Origin: Girardia tigrina | Lineage: Eukaryota | Length of the DNA: 64,000 bases | NCBI GenBank assembly: GCA_001938485.1 | Contig: MQRK01254984.1 | Coordinates: forward strand, 1 to 64,000 | Direction: 5' to 3' | Part shown: piece by piece, positions 1-13,400 of the stretch | How the letters are laid out: the number at the start of each line of letters is the position of its first letter | Numbering within the stretch: the first letter of the stretch is position 1 | Position numbers and translations under genes: made by a program | Notes under the pieces: generated by a model | The model's input: the letters and a program-made list of their open reading frames with translations, nothing else | Database searches by the model: none | What the model was told of the DNA's origin: nothing

Positions 1-167
1 GAGACACTACATAATTACTCAATATTATGACATCATTGCCTAACCATTGACCTACTTTTTGCATTGTGCACAATCCGTTTTCTGAAATCCACATTTCATA
101 CTTGTACACCTAATATAAAAATTAATAATTATACTCAATGTCAGTATATAATAAATTACTATGCGGT

Positions 168-246
168 TTGAAATATGGGTTGAAAGGGCCGATGTTGAAA
201 ATGTACATGGGTTGAACTAGGTCATGGTTTGCAAGGGCCGACTACC
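168..246. mobile_element. Terminus of a DNA transposon with subterminal repeats (possibly Mutator-like)
   Basis: Repeated GGKTTGMAAGGGCC-like units ending in GGGCCGACTACC; partner end not in window. Confidence 0.35.
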
Positions 247-1044
247 ATTTTATTTATATACATTGTCCTATTGAACAATTAAAAAAAAGACAAAGACATC
301 ACTTATTTTCACATACATTACCATATCGATTTAATTTAAACGGAAAATCGAGCATAAAATCCAAACCACTATCAAGCGATAAATCTTGATTGTTTAATTC
401 ATCTGAAAATAATGTCACGCGTTTATTTTAATCTCATAATCGCTATAACTGATGAATTTGATAAATTTGATCGTTTTAAAAAACATATTTATTATTTCGG
501 CATTAAATTCATTTGATTTATTTTTGTGTTTTAGTTCTTTACGTTTAAATTAGACAGATGTGTTAGATCTAAAGATAGAAATATGTCGGTATGTGTAGAT
601 ACAAATTTTTTAAGTTACATATGAAGATTATACATTAAAATTGTATTATTTCAATTTTATATTATTGAATTATTATTTTTTTACTTTAATTTAATTAAAT
701 TAATTCATTTACTTATTTAATATTTTAATTTACTTGGTTTAATAACTTATTAAATTTATTTAATGGTAAAAAAATATATTCGGTCAAATCGAAATAATTT
801 CCGCTCCAATAATGCTGCAATCATTTGAGGAGATTACACAGTACATTATTGAAGAAGAACTTATTGAAATGTTTATAAAAAAGAACAGGCGTTTGACTGT
901 CTAGTCTTTTGTGTTTCATTATTTTATATTTATGGAATGATTGTGTGTTGTTCATAAACCTGAGAAAAACAATTTTAATCAATCAATGTGAAAATACATG
1001 CCTTTTCCTTAAACAGGTCCATTAAAACTTTTTGAAAAACTTTT

Positions 1045-1108
1045 GAGGGGGTCAAACTTTTATCTGAGGGGGCTAGGTCCTTTCTGCCCCCGGTCAGCTA
1101 CGGGCCTG
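1045..1108. mobile_element. hAT (Tip100-like) element terminus
   Basis: G/C-run subterminal region ending GCTACGGGCCTG (reverse complement CAGGCCCGTAGC, a typical hAT TIR). Confidence 0.5.
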
Positions 1109-1374
1109 TACATGTCAATAATTAATCATCAGAAATTGTAGACGCTACTTTGAAACAAAATAAAATCCTTTGGAAAAAAGAATCAACGATATAAGGAAAT
1201 AATAGAAAGAAAATTTTTAAATGCATAAAACGATTTACTTTTACAGAAAAAATAATTTTATAACACAAAATAAAATCAACTTCACTAATAAATCTCGCTT
1301 AGCTATTAACAAGACTGATAGATATTTTTTCTATTGATAATTTCTTGAAAAAAAATTATTGATAATATTGAAAA

Positions 1375-4300
1375 GATGCATCGTAAAAACCTTCATCGTT
1401 AAACGATGCATCGAAAGACTGCATCGTTGAACAAGGCATTGAAAAATAACATTTTAATATAAAGCAGCTAAATTCAAATCTAAATTTTTATTTGCTCATT
1501 GATATTTGCTATTGTGCTACAATAATGGCAAAGAAAATTTACAAAAAAGATAGCAAGAAAATTTCAAATTTATTTTTGGAAAATTGAATCAAACTATAAA
1601 AGGCACATTATTCATTTTCTTCAGCTGTCCTAAGTTCTCTTTTATATAAACAAGTTTTTCAACTTTGGATGCTGACAAATTTGTTCTTCTCTCACCACAT
1701 ATATTTCCAGCTTTGGAAAACACTTGTTCAGAGCTGGAGGAAGCTGCTGGAATCGCCAAAGTCTTCTTGCGAAGCGAGCAAGTTTCGGATAATTAAGTGC
1801 TTGATTTTTCCAGTAACGAAGTATGTCACCATTCCGGGTTATCTACCACTTTTCCAAAAGTTTGAACCTTCAAACTGACGGATGACCTTCTTATGTACGC
1901 AGTTGTTGTGCTTTTTAGTGGCTGTGTGTGTTAGTGTCTTTTCGTATGTCATCAATGGAGGATTGTGATGTGTGGGGTGAGGGGGTGTTCTTAAGTTCGG
2001 CTTTGTACATGTTGAACACAGCTTCCAGAAGGGATACTTTTGTGATGTGGTACCTTTACCCAATGCCATGTAATGTTGATACTTTGTAACGTGGGTCCAA
2101 CATGTTTGCATATGCGTATTCTAAAACTTGAACTCCGCATTCGGGAAATCTGTCATTCATTTCCAAAAAGTAATGATCAACAACTTCTTTCATCATGGGA
2201 TTGAATGAATCATGTTATATTGACTGCAATTCGTCTTCCAGATCAAAGAGCTTCGGAATGACATGAACTATAGAGACCTCGTTCTCTGCACTTGCAAGGT
2301 GGGAGAGTTCTTCAAATTTTTTCAACAGTTCAATCATTGTCCTCAATTGTTCGATCTCCTCTTCATATGGTAGTTTGTTGACTATATGTTGCGAAACATC
2401 TTTTTCTGCAACAATTTTTGATGACAGGCAGTAGCTCATTGATAGATTGTAATTGATAAAGGTCACTGTTCCATCTGGTTGAGAAACTTTGAACTATTTT
2501 GGTAATTGTGATATCTGGATTTTTTGATGCTTCGGCAATAAGTGAATTCTATGACTTCTGAGAATGATTGAAGAAGCTAACCATCCCTGTCACCTTATCA
2601 CTTAAATCTCTCCACAACTTACATTTCGATGGAGCACTTTGCACTACCAAATTTATCTTATGATCAACACACAAGAACACATCATTTATAACACAATCCT
2701 TTCCGGCTTTCTTTATGTTTGCTCCACCATCGCATGTTATAGTTGTACGCACATTTGGTCCCAAGTTTAGGTCTTTAGTGATGCTATCCAATCTTTTTGC
2801 AATTTCTTCCGATGAATGTTTGCCAGCAAAGTGTTGTAAGGTGACTAAGAAACGCTTCATTTGAAAATCAGAATCAATGTAGTGTACAGTCATAGCAATG
2901 TATGCTGCTTTAGGGGTCTTGTTGGTCCACAGATCAGACGTGAATGATATTCCATCAAGATGAGGTTTGTCTTCATTTAATTTTCTATCAACTGCTGCCT
3001 TCATTGCATTGTATAAAATAGGAATTTTAGTACGAAAAATGGTCCTTGAAGAAATTGGCTTATACTGCCCTTTAGTACATACTTTCAAAAAGTATATAAA
3101 TTCATCGTTATCAACTATATTAAAAGGCAACATAGCACTTGCTATCTACTGAATCATTGCAGCAAAAACTTTCTTCTGTTGATCGTCATTCTTAGACCAT
3201 GGACTTTTGGTGAATACTCGCTTTGTTCGTATTTTTTAAAGCACATTTCGTCTTTTCTTGACCTCTTTCTGAAAGAGGTCATGATAGTGGCTGTTCTTGA
3301 TGTTCCATCACCAGAAGATGTTCCCACTGTAAAGTCATTATCAGAGTCAGAGTTTGTATCGACAGTTCCAACTGTTTATCTTGCTTTCGCTCTGGCTGCC
3401 CTTGCTTCTAGTGTTTCAATGATGGTCTTGTGCTTTGTCCTCAGATGACCTCTTATCCTTGTTGTGCTCCCATTGGACACCTTGTAATGCTCACCACACT
3501 CAATACAGCTAGCCATATTTTCATTATTCATTGTGAAGTAATCCCAAATTAATGAAATTTTCGGCATCTTGAAGAAAAAAAATTAATTTAACAAGAAATA
3601 AAACTTCATTAAATATTATTTAAACAAATAATACTATGACTTAGAAATTGTTTTATAATATAATATTTTTAAGTTCAAAATAAATTTCTTTCTAGTAAAT
3701 GTCATCACCAAATATGGTGAAAACTAATAAATAAATTAGTAAATTAGTATGTAATGTTTGCATATTAATTGAAATTATAATTATTATTAATTTATTAATT
3801 TTAAAATAAAATATCTTTGTTTTAAATAAAAAAATTAATATTAATATTTATAATAATTAAAAACCAATAAATAGATTTAATAACAAAATATTTGTTTAAA
3901 AAATTAAAATTATAGTAATTATACTGTTGAGTTATTGTATATGTGAATTGTAAGTAGCGTTTATGCTACTTTCATTATTATCACATTCTAAAGTCATAAT
4001 TTAACACCACAAAAATTTTTTTTACAAAAAATTTACAAATTTTTAATGTAACCAAATTTTACATTCTTACGAAACTTAATCATAAAACTAATTAATTTAA
4101 ATTTACAATAACCATTTTATTAAAAAAATTATTTCTGAAAATATTAATCCGTTAATTAAAATTTATTTAGCTTATTCTATAACTTTTATTAAAATATGTT
4201 AATTGTTAATTTATTTCTTTTAAATTTTCAAATTAAAAAAAATAATAAACTATTTTGGCGAAACTTAAAAACTAACCCCTCATATGAATAAAGGTGTGAT

Positions 4301-4409
4301 TTCATTATATGTTAGATAAAAAGGTGTGCATTCTTTCGATGCATCGTTTAACGATGAAGGTTTTTCGATGCATCGTTTAACGATGTACGATACGATGTGT
4401 CGCTCCCTA
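1375..4409 (-). mobile_element. Degenerate hAT (Ac-like) transposon with BED-finger transposase pseudogene
   Basis: BED finger IWDYF..ASCIEC..HLRTKH (3376-3567); SFTSDLWT, TCDGGAN and CVDH motifs (2549-3133); further fragments to ~1650. Inverted subterminal repeats GATGCATCG..AAAACCTTCATCGTTAAACGATGCATCGAAAGA at 1375-1423 and 4327-4376; TAGGG terminus at 4409; the other outer TIR is lost. Confidence 0.9.
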
Positions 4410-4777
4410 CCAATAAGAATGGAAAGTTTTAAAATAAAATAATTTTAATTAAAATTCGTATACGGGTGTTTTTGTTTTTTTGACATTTTTTTACGTTTTT
4501 ATTAACAGTAACTATAATTAATAATTGTAATTACAAAAAATATCCAAACGAATAAAATCCAAGAAAAATACACAGCATTTTATCTTATTCGTGTAAATTA
4601 CATTGTACTACATTGGCCATATTTAAATGGTTCAAGTCCTATTAAAAAGTTAATAGGTGTATTAATAAATGCAAACGACTTCAATATATTCATTATATTT
4701 TCATTAGTTAACAATATCGATTATTTTTAATAATAAAAATGTAAATCGAATTCAAAGCAGCACTAACAAATCGGTTT

Positions 4778-6421
4778 ATGTCGAAATTTCAAGCCTTAAC
4801 AACATACGAAGAAGGTCTAAAAACGCTCGTGGATCTGTGTGAACATTGTTTCGGTCCCAATGGAAGACCGGTATTCATTGAATCGAACGATGGAAAAATA
4901 AAACCGACGAAAAATTCTTTCGACATTTTCCAATATATCTATTCCCATTCGGAAAACCCTTTGGTGAAAGTGACAGTCAATTTCGCTCTGGAACAACACC
5001 GAGAACACGGCGACCACACGTTTTATATCGTTATTTTGGCACTGAATATCTACCGGAAGTTGAAACAAGAAAACATTTGTATGTCGATGGCGCGAGAGAA
5101 ACTGAAAGAAATCGAACATATCATCGAAAATCAAATCGGAAATCGTAACAGATTCCATCGAAATTTCGAAAATAATTTCGAAAATCTCGTTCAATTGTCA
5201 ATGAGTTTAATTCGACCGAAGCTATTCGGATATTCCCAATCGAAATTGGAGTCGTTTTGTCGATTTGTTGTGGCTGCGATTTTGCAGTCGATTCCCGATC
5301 CGAGTAACGTCAGTTTGTCGTCGTGGTTCATGCCGACCGTTCTTTCGTTTCCGATTATCGGAAACGATCCATTTAAGTATGGAGAGATTTTTGAGGGGAT
5401 TTTGTTTCCGATTAATCTGAAAAGTAAAGTCAAAAACTACCTCCAGCGGGTTATCGAGTTGAGAAGTTTCACGACTTATGAGTTGTTGTATAAGGAGAAA
5501 AAGAATCTCAACTCGATACTCATGATTTACGACAACTCGAAAATCTGTGAAAGTATTCACGAGCAAATGGAAATCAACAAGCAACATCGTTTGCCGAGTG
5601 TAAAGCAAATCATCGTTGATGTTTTCGAAGCCAATTTTATAGGGTTATTGGAAAAATCCAATGTCGGATTGATAATTGTAGAAAATCAAATGAATGGGAA
5701 TCTAAGATCGAAATTGTCGGATAGGAGTATATTTCTTTTAGATGGTGTTGATCGGAATTCAATAAATCGGGCAAGTAAAATTTTTAATGTGGAAATTGTG
5801 ACGTCTTTGAAAATCGAAGACACAGAATCTTTTGTGTTTCAAGTCGAAATTCCGAGCTTGAGAACCTTTCAAAGTAAACAGTACCTAGCGATTCCTAAAC
5901 CGGAAATTATCACGCTTATTTTCCATAAATTACTCGATTCTAATTCTAATCTTAATGAGGATTTATCAAATTTTTTATTTAAAAGTCTTAGTAAAGTAAT
6001 TTTTGACAATAATTCTGAAGGGTTGACGAGTCTTTGTCATGGAGCTGGTTGTACGGAATTTTTAATTGCCGGAGTAATATTAAGAACCGGAGAAAATGAT
6101 ATCGTTTCTTCTAATTTTTTGATGCCAACAGCAAACTATAATCACAGCATTATACAAACGGCAATATCAGATTCTTTTATTAAAATTTGGCAGTTAACGA
6201 AAGATCCTTGTAATGAACATAACATATGTAAAAGATCCGACGACTTGTTGACAATGTGTCAAAATAACTTTAATTGCGTTTGTAGTCATTTGAAACATGG
6301 TACGAACTCACGTAACGTCCCGTCAGATTTTACGCTTACAAAACTTGCTGCGATTAAAAACGCTTTAAGATTGGTAAATGTTTTACTTAGTACTGATTTA
6401 GTTATTTTAACACAACATTAA
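4778..6421 (+). CDS. MKKS: McKusick-Kaufman/Bardet-Biedl syndrome 6 chaperonin-like protein, single-exon 547-aa ORF
   Basis: Group II chaperonin-like N-terminus CFGPNGR and degenerate GDGTT (GDHTF). Matches recalled from human MKKS: AAILQSIP~RAFLLTIP, FQSKQY~FGSKHF, GAGCTE~GGGCTE, CVC~CGC, C-terminal KLAAIKNALRLVNVLL~KLSGLQVAVETANLIL. Confidence 0.85.
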   Translation: MSKFQALTTYEEGLKTLVDLCEHCFGPNGRPVFIESNDGKIKPTKNSFDIFQYIYSHSENPLVKVTVNFALEQHREHGDHTFYIVILALNIYRKLKQENICMSMAREKLKEIEHIIENQIGNRNRFHRNFENNFENLVQLSMSLIRPKLFGYSQSKLESFCRFVVAAILQSIPDPSNVSLSSWFMPTVLSFPIIGNDPFKYGEIFEGILFPINLKSKVKNYLQRVIELRSFTTYELLYKEKKNLNSILMIYDNSKICESIHEQMEINKQHRLPSVKQIIVDVFEANFIGLLEKSNVGLIIVENQMNGNLRSKLSDRSIFLLDGVDRNSINRASKIFNVEIVTSLKIEDTESFVFQVEIPSLRTFQSKQYLAIPKPEIITLIFHKLLDSNSNLNEDLSNFLFKSLSKVIFDNNSEGLTSLCHGAGCTEFLIAGVILRTGENDIVSSNFLMPTANYNHSIIQTAISDSFIKIWQLTKDPCNEHNICKRSDDLLTMCQNNFNCVCSHLKHGTNSRNVPSDFTLTKLAAIKNALRLVNVLLSTDLVILTQH

Positions 6422-7099
6422 AATACATAGATCCACTGTAATTAAAATGTACCAGCCAAATGACAAGCTTTGCAAATTAATAAAAAAAAACAAAATATTT
6501 ATTTATTTTCTAATGACAAATAAATCTTTAATAAGTGTAGGAAAACCAGTCATTTATTCTTTGGGCTTTATAAAAGTATCCGTATTACTATAGACCATTG
6601 TTAAATGACTCTCAGTGAAAAATATTATCAATGGGTACTCGTAAGATTATATAATAAAATTTTCCATCAAAATTTTGATGAAAAATGAAAATGGAATATG
6701 TTCTAGAAGACAACGAAGTAGCCGTCATCAGTCGAAAAGAAACTTTTGCTTAGATGGTGAAAAAGAAAAGAAACTTTCAGAAGTTAATAGACTCGCTCAT
6801 GTTTATGACACGCATACAAAATTTGCATTCATGAAATTCAAATATTTTCTATCTAGATTTATTCAATAATTTAAGGGTTAGATATCCTTGTAAGTCACAA
6901 GATGAAATAATTTAATTCATGATTCGATGTCTTAGTCTAAAAGAATTTCACTCCATATAAATGTCTTTATTTAGACGGATAGGGAATTCACCCTTTGTTA
7001 GTTATTAATATCGATTTTTGTTTCTAATTAATTTAAAAATTTTACTCGTCCTTCCGAATCCCAAAATACTTTAATCCTTTAAAATTGATTGGAATAAAA

Positions 7100-8883
7100 C
7101 ATAATTTTGTAAATTCTAAAACAGAGATTAAGAGAGAACTATATTAAGACATGCCGATTAATCTCATTCTGATATTTACATCACCAGCATCTATTATAGT
7201 CGAACTTACTCTCTCATTCAATCACCTAATCCCAGTCCACCGTCAAATAACTATATCAAATATTATTTATAACTCTTTCATACTCCTTCATTATAATTAG
7301 ATTTTATTTACAACTCTGCATTTATCCCTTGTGGAACTACTACCCTTCATTTCTATTTACAAAACCACGATCGAATCTAGGACATAAACAAATAGACTAA
7401 TAACTTCTTGATTTACACACATTTAACCCTTTTCAACTCATCAACTTGACGGGTTCCGTCGTCAACTTTACACTGATTACTATAGCATAATTATGAACAA
7501 TCAAAACGATTAAATTAAGGTAATCAATAGGGAATTAGATTAACTGAAATAATTAAAGGGACATCACTGCACAAATCTAAAACTTCTCATATCGATATTA
7601 TACTATACTTATATTATTATATTATATTTACAGTACTATATTTATTATCATTATTCATTGTCATTATGCAAATCACTCTGATCCTCTATATACACTATTT
7701 ACAAAGAATGTTTCTCTCATATTGTAGTCCTCCGCATAACTAGCACGTCGCTCTCACCTAACTTATCTCTATCTCTCTTCATTGCAACTCCCACATAGTC
7801 AATATTTAATCCAAGACCCTCACTCCTATAGAACTCTTCCTCATTATAGATTCAAACGAAAGCCGACGATAATTTCCTACAGATTAAAATACATAAGTTA
7901 TCAATTAAATAAGAAGCAAGTAATTTCAAGAAAATTGTACTAAATTTATTAACATCATGAAATAAGAATAAATGATGATGCATATAGGATACAATTAGGA
8001 TAATATAATATTAGTTAAAGGGCATGTTGACTGTGAAATAGTAACTAAATATCGGCATTATTTACCTTGTAAAATAAATTGATCCTTTTAAAACAAATTT
8101 CTTCCGAAATAAAATAAAATTGAGACAAATATAATAACGTTGATCGATATTGTAATAAGATTGGTGTCACTACCGTCAAAATGAAATTGTGCTTTTAAAT
8201 TTATTCGAATAAATTTTGTGTATGTGATTTTGTGTGTGATTTGCCGTCAGGATGTGCAAGGTTGTGATGTGATTGGTTTGTTACGATCGAGAGTATTACG
8301 ACAGACACCGCCCGTCAGACCCCTCCATCCACTACACCACCTCGTGAGCACGGAATTATTGTGAAATTTGGGAATAGTCAAACTCGACTAATCCCGTTAC
8401 GTTTAAGTGTCCCGTGCATCAACAAAGTGACGAGGTCCGGAGGGATCTATGGACGCGTCTTGAGGGTGATCGTAGACCCTGAAGTGGCCGGAGGATGTTG
8501 TTGGGACCTCTTGGAGAACCTTTTGAAATCCTTTAAAAAAAATTTAATTAATTAAAAACTTTGACTTATAAAATAAATTACCCGCAATCATTTGACTCCA
8601 GTAATTACCCAGGATGTCGATTGCAAACGTTTGCAATCATTTCCTCCCTGTTTTCCCCTCACATCCTGTCCCGGAATAATTACCGTTTGTTTCGATTGCC
8701 GGCGAGCGATAATTATCAATCCGTAATTGACCGGCATCTGGCAGGGCAGTAACATCTAAAATAATAATTAATCAAAAAATTAATCTGAAACAATTAAATT
8801 ACTTGCAATCAACATTGCGATGACGGAAATCGTTTTTCCCCTCATCCTGCCTTTGCAAATAACATCCTGTAGGGTATAAATAG
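7100..8883 (-). other. Spliced, apparently non-coding repeat unit (copy A), possibly LTR/UTR of a large retroelement
   Basis: GC-richer exon-like blocks separated by GT..AG introns at 8756-8802 and 8531-8581; hairpin 8370-8395; purine-rich downstream tail; shares motifs with 12360-13170. Confidence 0.45.
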
Positions 8884-9819
8884 NNNNNNNNNNNNNNNNN
8901 NNNNNNNNNNNNNNNNNNNNNNNNNNNNNNNNNNNNNNNNNNNNNNNNNNNNNNNNNNNNNNNNNNNNNNNNNNAATTTTACGACAACCAATATTTGACC
9001 GATTTACTTCGCCAAATTATTTCGGTTCGACACAATTTTGAAAGCAAAACAAATTAATTTGAGCTGCTACCTTCGTTATTATTTTGTGAACTCAGTTGAT
9101 ATTATTATTTCAGGAACCCGAACGAAGTAACACCTATCCTTTTATTATCTTTTATTTTATTTATTTATTTTTTTTATTATTATTATTAAATGTTGATTAC
9201 GATCGTTTTGTTCCACGATTCGATGAATTGCAATATATATACTTAATCTCTTCTTCTTTTAATTATTATAGTAATATTTCATTATTATTATTGATATTTC
9301 ATGTAACTATGAAGAGAGTTAAAGGGACGACCCGCCGTATTGATAGTCGTTATGAGGCGGGATTATTAGACCAGGGTCGTCTGAGTTGTTGTTGAGCTTG
9401 AATACAGTTTTGAGAGATTGAGAGAGAGAAAGAAAAGCATAGAAGAGAGAGAAGTGAATTGTTATTTAATGAAAGAATATTGAGAGTCAGGGTTAAGCTA
9501 TCATAGAAGCGCAGAGTTACAGTGACTGATAAGGTGTTAAGTGTTGACGTGAGAGCTTGGCTTATCGTTTTATTTTCTTATCTCGATTCATGTGAGTGAG
9601 CGAGAGACAGCGTATTCGAGCTAGTGTAATTTTGTTTACAAAAAAAAATTTTTTTAGTGATCGTCATTTTTACATATTTTGACTTTTAATCATTCAATCA
9701 ATAATTACATTTAATTAGTTTTGTCGATTAAAATTTGTGTGTTTGTTTATTTATTGAAATAAAGGTGCCCAAAAAAAGGAAAAAAAGAAAAAACGAGGCT
9801 TCATATTTGGAATAATACA

Positions 9820-11159
9820 ATGGATTATGAGATCATTTACTCAAAATATAAATCAAAATACTGCCTTGAAGCCACCTTTAGAAGATAATTTCAATTATTA
9901 AACTGAAGGACAGCCGTTAATAAAAATAAAGTGATATGTTGTAATCCTGAAGCTCCTATTATGACCAATTTAACACAGAACAACATTTCAAATAATAACA
10001 ATAGTAATCAACCAAGTCATTCAAAGAAAGCCAAATTCTTTCGAATTGTTCGTCTTTTAGTAATCAGACTAAATTTGATCCAATCAAGCAACAAGAGACA
10101 ACTATTGCCACATTGAATTTTGCACCTATTGACATCCCGGCATTAGATTCTCATAAATTAAAAAAATTGCATTATCAACAAGAAGCAGAAAAAAAGTACA
10201 AGTATCATCTGAAGATTTGAAAAACAAAAGTACTTTTCGATTAGATGACAGTTTATCAATGAGTACTGATTCGAGCGCTGAGGAAAAGATTAAAGATGTT
10301 GAAGTTGATAGAAAGTCAAAGACGCATAAGTTTAAACAAAGCCTGCCAAAGTCTTGTAGCGTTTGTCTTCGAAATTGTAATGACTCTAACAGTAAGCAAA
10401 AAAATTATATTGATTTTGATGAAGATTGCTCTATAAAATCGAATGACAGTGGAATAGAATCATCTAAATATAAAAATTATGTGAGACAAATTAAAAGTAA
10501 TCCTGAAAATTCATTCCGAAACAATGAAAGTCAGTCTATTAAAAAGTTAAATCAGAATCACGCTTGTCGCAGTAGTTTTGACAGAAGAGAAAAGGTGCAC
10601 TCAGGTATTGGGAAATGTAACGCATCGAGTGCTAATGCAGGAGTAAATTTTTTAAATAATAAAAAATATAACTCATGTGAATTTTCTATGATTGGGGATC
10701 TCAATGCTGGAAAAGATTTTTCAATCTTGTCTGAAAGAATAAAACAATTTTCTAATTTAATTTATTTTTCGTAATAATGCGGATGATTTGTTCAATGAAC
10801 CTTCAAGATCTAATAGTGAACATTGGCTTTGTTCTGCATCAAATGTATCAGCGAATAATATGGAACCTATAGAAATATTTGATGAAGAAAATCAATTGAT
10901 TTCACCAAATTATACTAATAAGCATTCTGAAAATATTGTGAATCAAATTGATTTAAATTATCAAATGTTAAATTGTGCTTCAAAGATAAATTTATGCAAT
11001 CCATCTGATCAAACATTAGGAAATTACTTTAAACAACCTTGCATTACATCGTTTAATTCNNNNNNNNNNNNNNNNNNNNNNNNNNNNNNNNNNNNNNNNN
11101 NNNNNNNNNNNNNNNNNNNNNNNNNNNNNGATATTGTACCTTTACATAATGCCAAATAA
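9820..11159 (+). pseudogene. Interrupted Ser/Asn/Lys-rich coding-like region, unidentified
   Basis: Collinear ORF fragments 9931-10116, 10217-10774 and 10788-11159 with protein-like composition, broken by stops/frameshifts and an N gap. Confidence 0.4.
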
Positions 11160-11689
11160 TCTTATTTCATGTCACCATATAATTTGCGTGATTTGCCTTA
11201 ACCTTTTAGTTCAGACAAATAACTCGCGACCGGGGTACGATTTTGTCGAATAATTTCTAGAATTTGTAATCCACATTTCTATTTTCTATTTGGAAACCGG
11301 TTTTCTGGAGATTAGGACATAGATATCCCTTTAGCAATTAAATACTAGTTTGAATTATTTCTATTAATCAAAACACTAAATTCATTATCCAACGAATTGA
11401 TAACTAGTTATTATTAATTATTATAGATATTATTATTACTAAATAGTTAGAATTTAGATAGTTTAATTATGAATTTAGAATCCAAACAACGGGTTAAATT
11501 TTACTTTTATGGAGTTCTTCGTATAAATCAATTTAAAAATTTTTGCTAATTCGTCACGCTACTATTACATTGAAATAAACCTTCTAAATGAAGTCAAAAG
11601 AGAGGGAAAGAATCAGCTGTAAGTTTTCTGAGATTAATAAAATAATAATTAAATGAGATAATAAAAGATATTTGAAACCAAGTAATAGT

Positions 11690-13400
11690 AAGGAAAGGGT
11701 GACTTTTCGAGGAAGAACCCTGAGTTATATTTGGTAACTTAACGAAATAAATTTTAAAAAATTTTGAATTGCAGAGTCACAAATGATACATGTCGTCGAA
11801 TATAAAATATCTCGTTGTAATATAATTAAATGGAAATAAGTAATGAATGTAAATTCTGAACATTAATTGAATGGTAAATGAGAAGTGACGAGAACCCTTT
11901 TGGAGATGGTGCAGGTTGACCATAGAATGCATAAAGGCACGTGGTTCGATCGTCGCTTATTTTCTTGAGGCTCTTCTCGTTCACGACATGAAATGGCAGC
12001 CCAAAGTTTAGAATAGTGTTAGTAAAGGAAAAAAGCATCGACCCCTCAGGAAGCTGAGACCACCGGTCGGGCAATACTCGCTACCGGTTTGAACCCGAAG
12101 GCGCTCCGAAGCACACACAACTTGTTGATGTGCGGGGAGGAGACGCGTCTGTTCCCAAAAGAATAAGAAGACAGAGAGCAATCACTGAGGGGAGTATGAA
12201 GAGATATAAGATAAGTGTTAGTTGCCGTTTAACTCAGGAAAGCGGATGGGGGCTCAGGGCGAACGAAGATGTCTCGAAACGGAGGGAACACGACAGGTTG
12301 CACACCCAGTCCGACGTTCTCTGGAGGTCTGCGTGCATGTTTGTTATATGCATGTTGTTTATTCGACAGGATGGAAAGGAGGGGGGAAACATGATTATGT
12401 TATCCTGCCTGTCGTCTTACTTAATCAATCGTTTTCTAGAACTATCGTTATCTCAGTGTGTCCTTTCTGTCCCGGCGACCATTGGTTTTGTCGAAATTAT
12501 TTAAGGACAGGATGGTAGGGGAGTGATTAGACAGTTGCAATTCGCATGTTTGCAATCCTCTTATCGGCATAAGTATCTATCTGTGAGTAGTCGTTCTGCA
12601 GCTGTTAGTTCGAAACTATTTGCAATGTTTACTTGTCGTGAATTCACGAATGCAGCATCTGTAATTATTGCAGATTGTAGTCATCCTTCCTATCGAAATG
12701 TACATGATGTCGGCGCGTGCACTACAGACACCCGCGATGTTTATCGCTGCTGCCGGGTTTGGTAGGTCAAATTATTCCTGGACGATTTTGACAATTGCTT
12801 ATGCAGGATATCGCTGTTGTTCACTCGGGACCTACCTCGGAGATTAGCAGACGCTGGATTTCTATGATTCACTCTGAATCATTCTGGTAAATTTTAATTA
12901 ATTATAGTTTGTTAATTAACTTTTTCTGTTTTTTTAGGGTTTTCAGAAGGATCCTCCGCCGGTTGGACTCTATTGAGAAAGACAAGGGGCAAAGTCCGAA
13001 GAGTGCTTCTCCTGCCCTTCGTTTCGGCACGTTCGGAGCCTATTTAACACTAACGGGGATAGTCGAGTTTGATTATCCCCACAAACACTCAATAAGGTTT
13101 TCGTGCGTGCGGGACGTTTGGTATGGGTTTTCGGCGAATTTATAATCATATTCGTGTCGTAACAATATATCATGCAAAGGTCAGCCTCATTTTGTCGACA
13201 ATAGTCCGAGAGTTGTGAATCCAGATATAGATCCAACTCTTAAGTGTGTAGATAATCCGTTGGTTGCCCAAGGCTTTAATGTTATGACTTATCTTGATAA
13301 TTATAACTTCGGGCCCGAGAGAAGACACAAGAGGAGATATCGCCAATTCGGCAGAATAATATTATCCGAAACGAATCTGATGGACCTGTAGGACTCATAC
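11690..13400 (+). other. Spliced, structured, apparently non-coding repeat unit (copy B)
   Basis: Hairpin cluster 12045-12160, GACAGGATG motifs, GT..AG intron 12887-12937, hairpin 13055-13080 homologous to 8370-8395. Confidence 0.45.
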
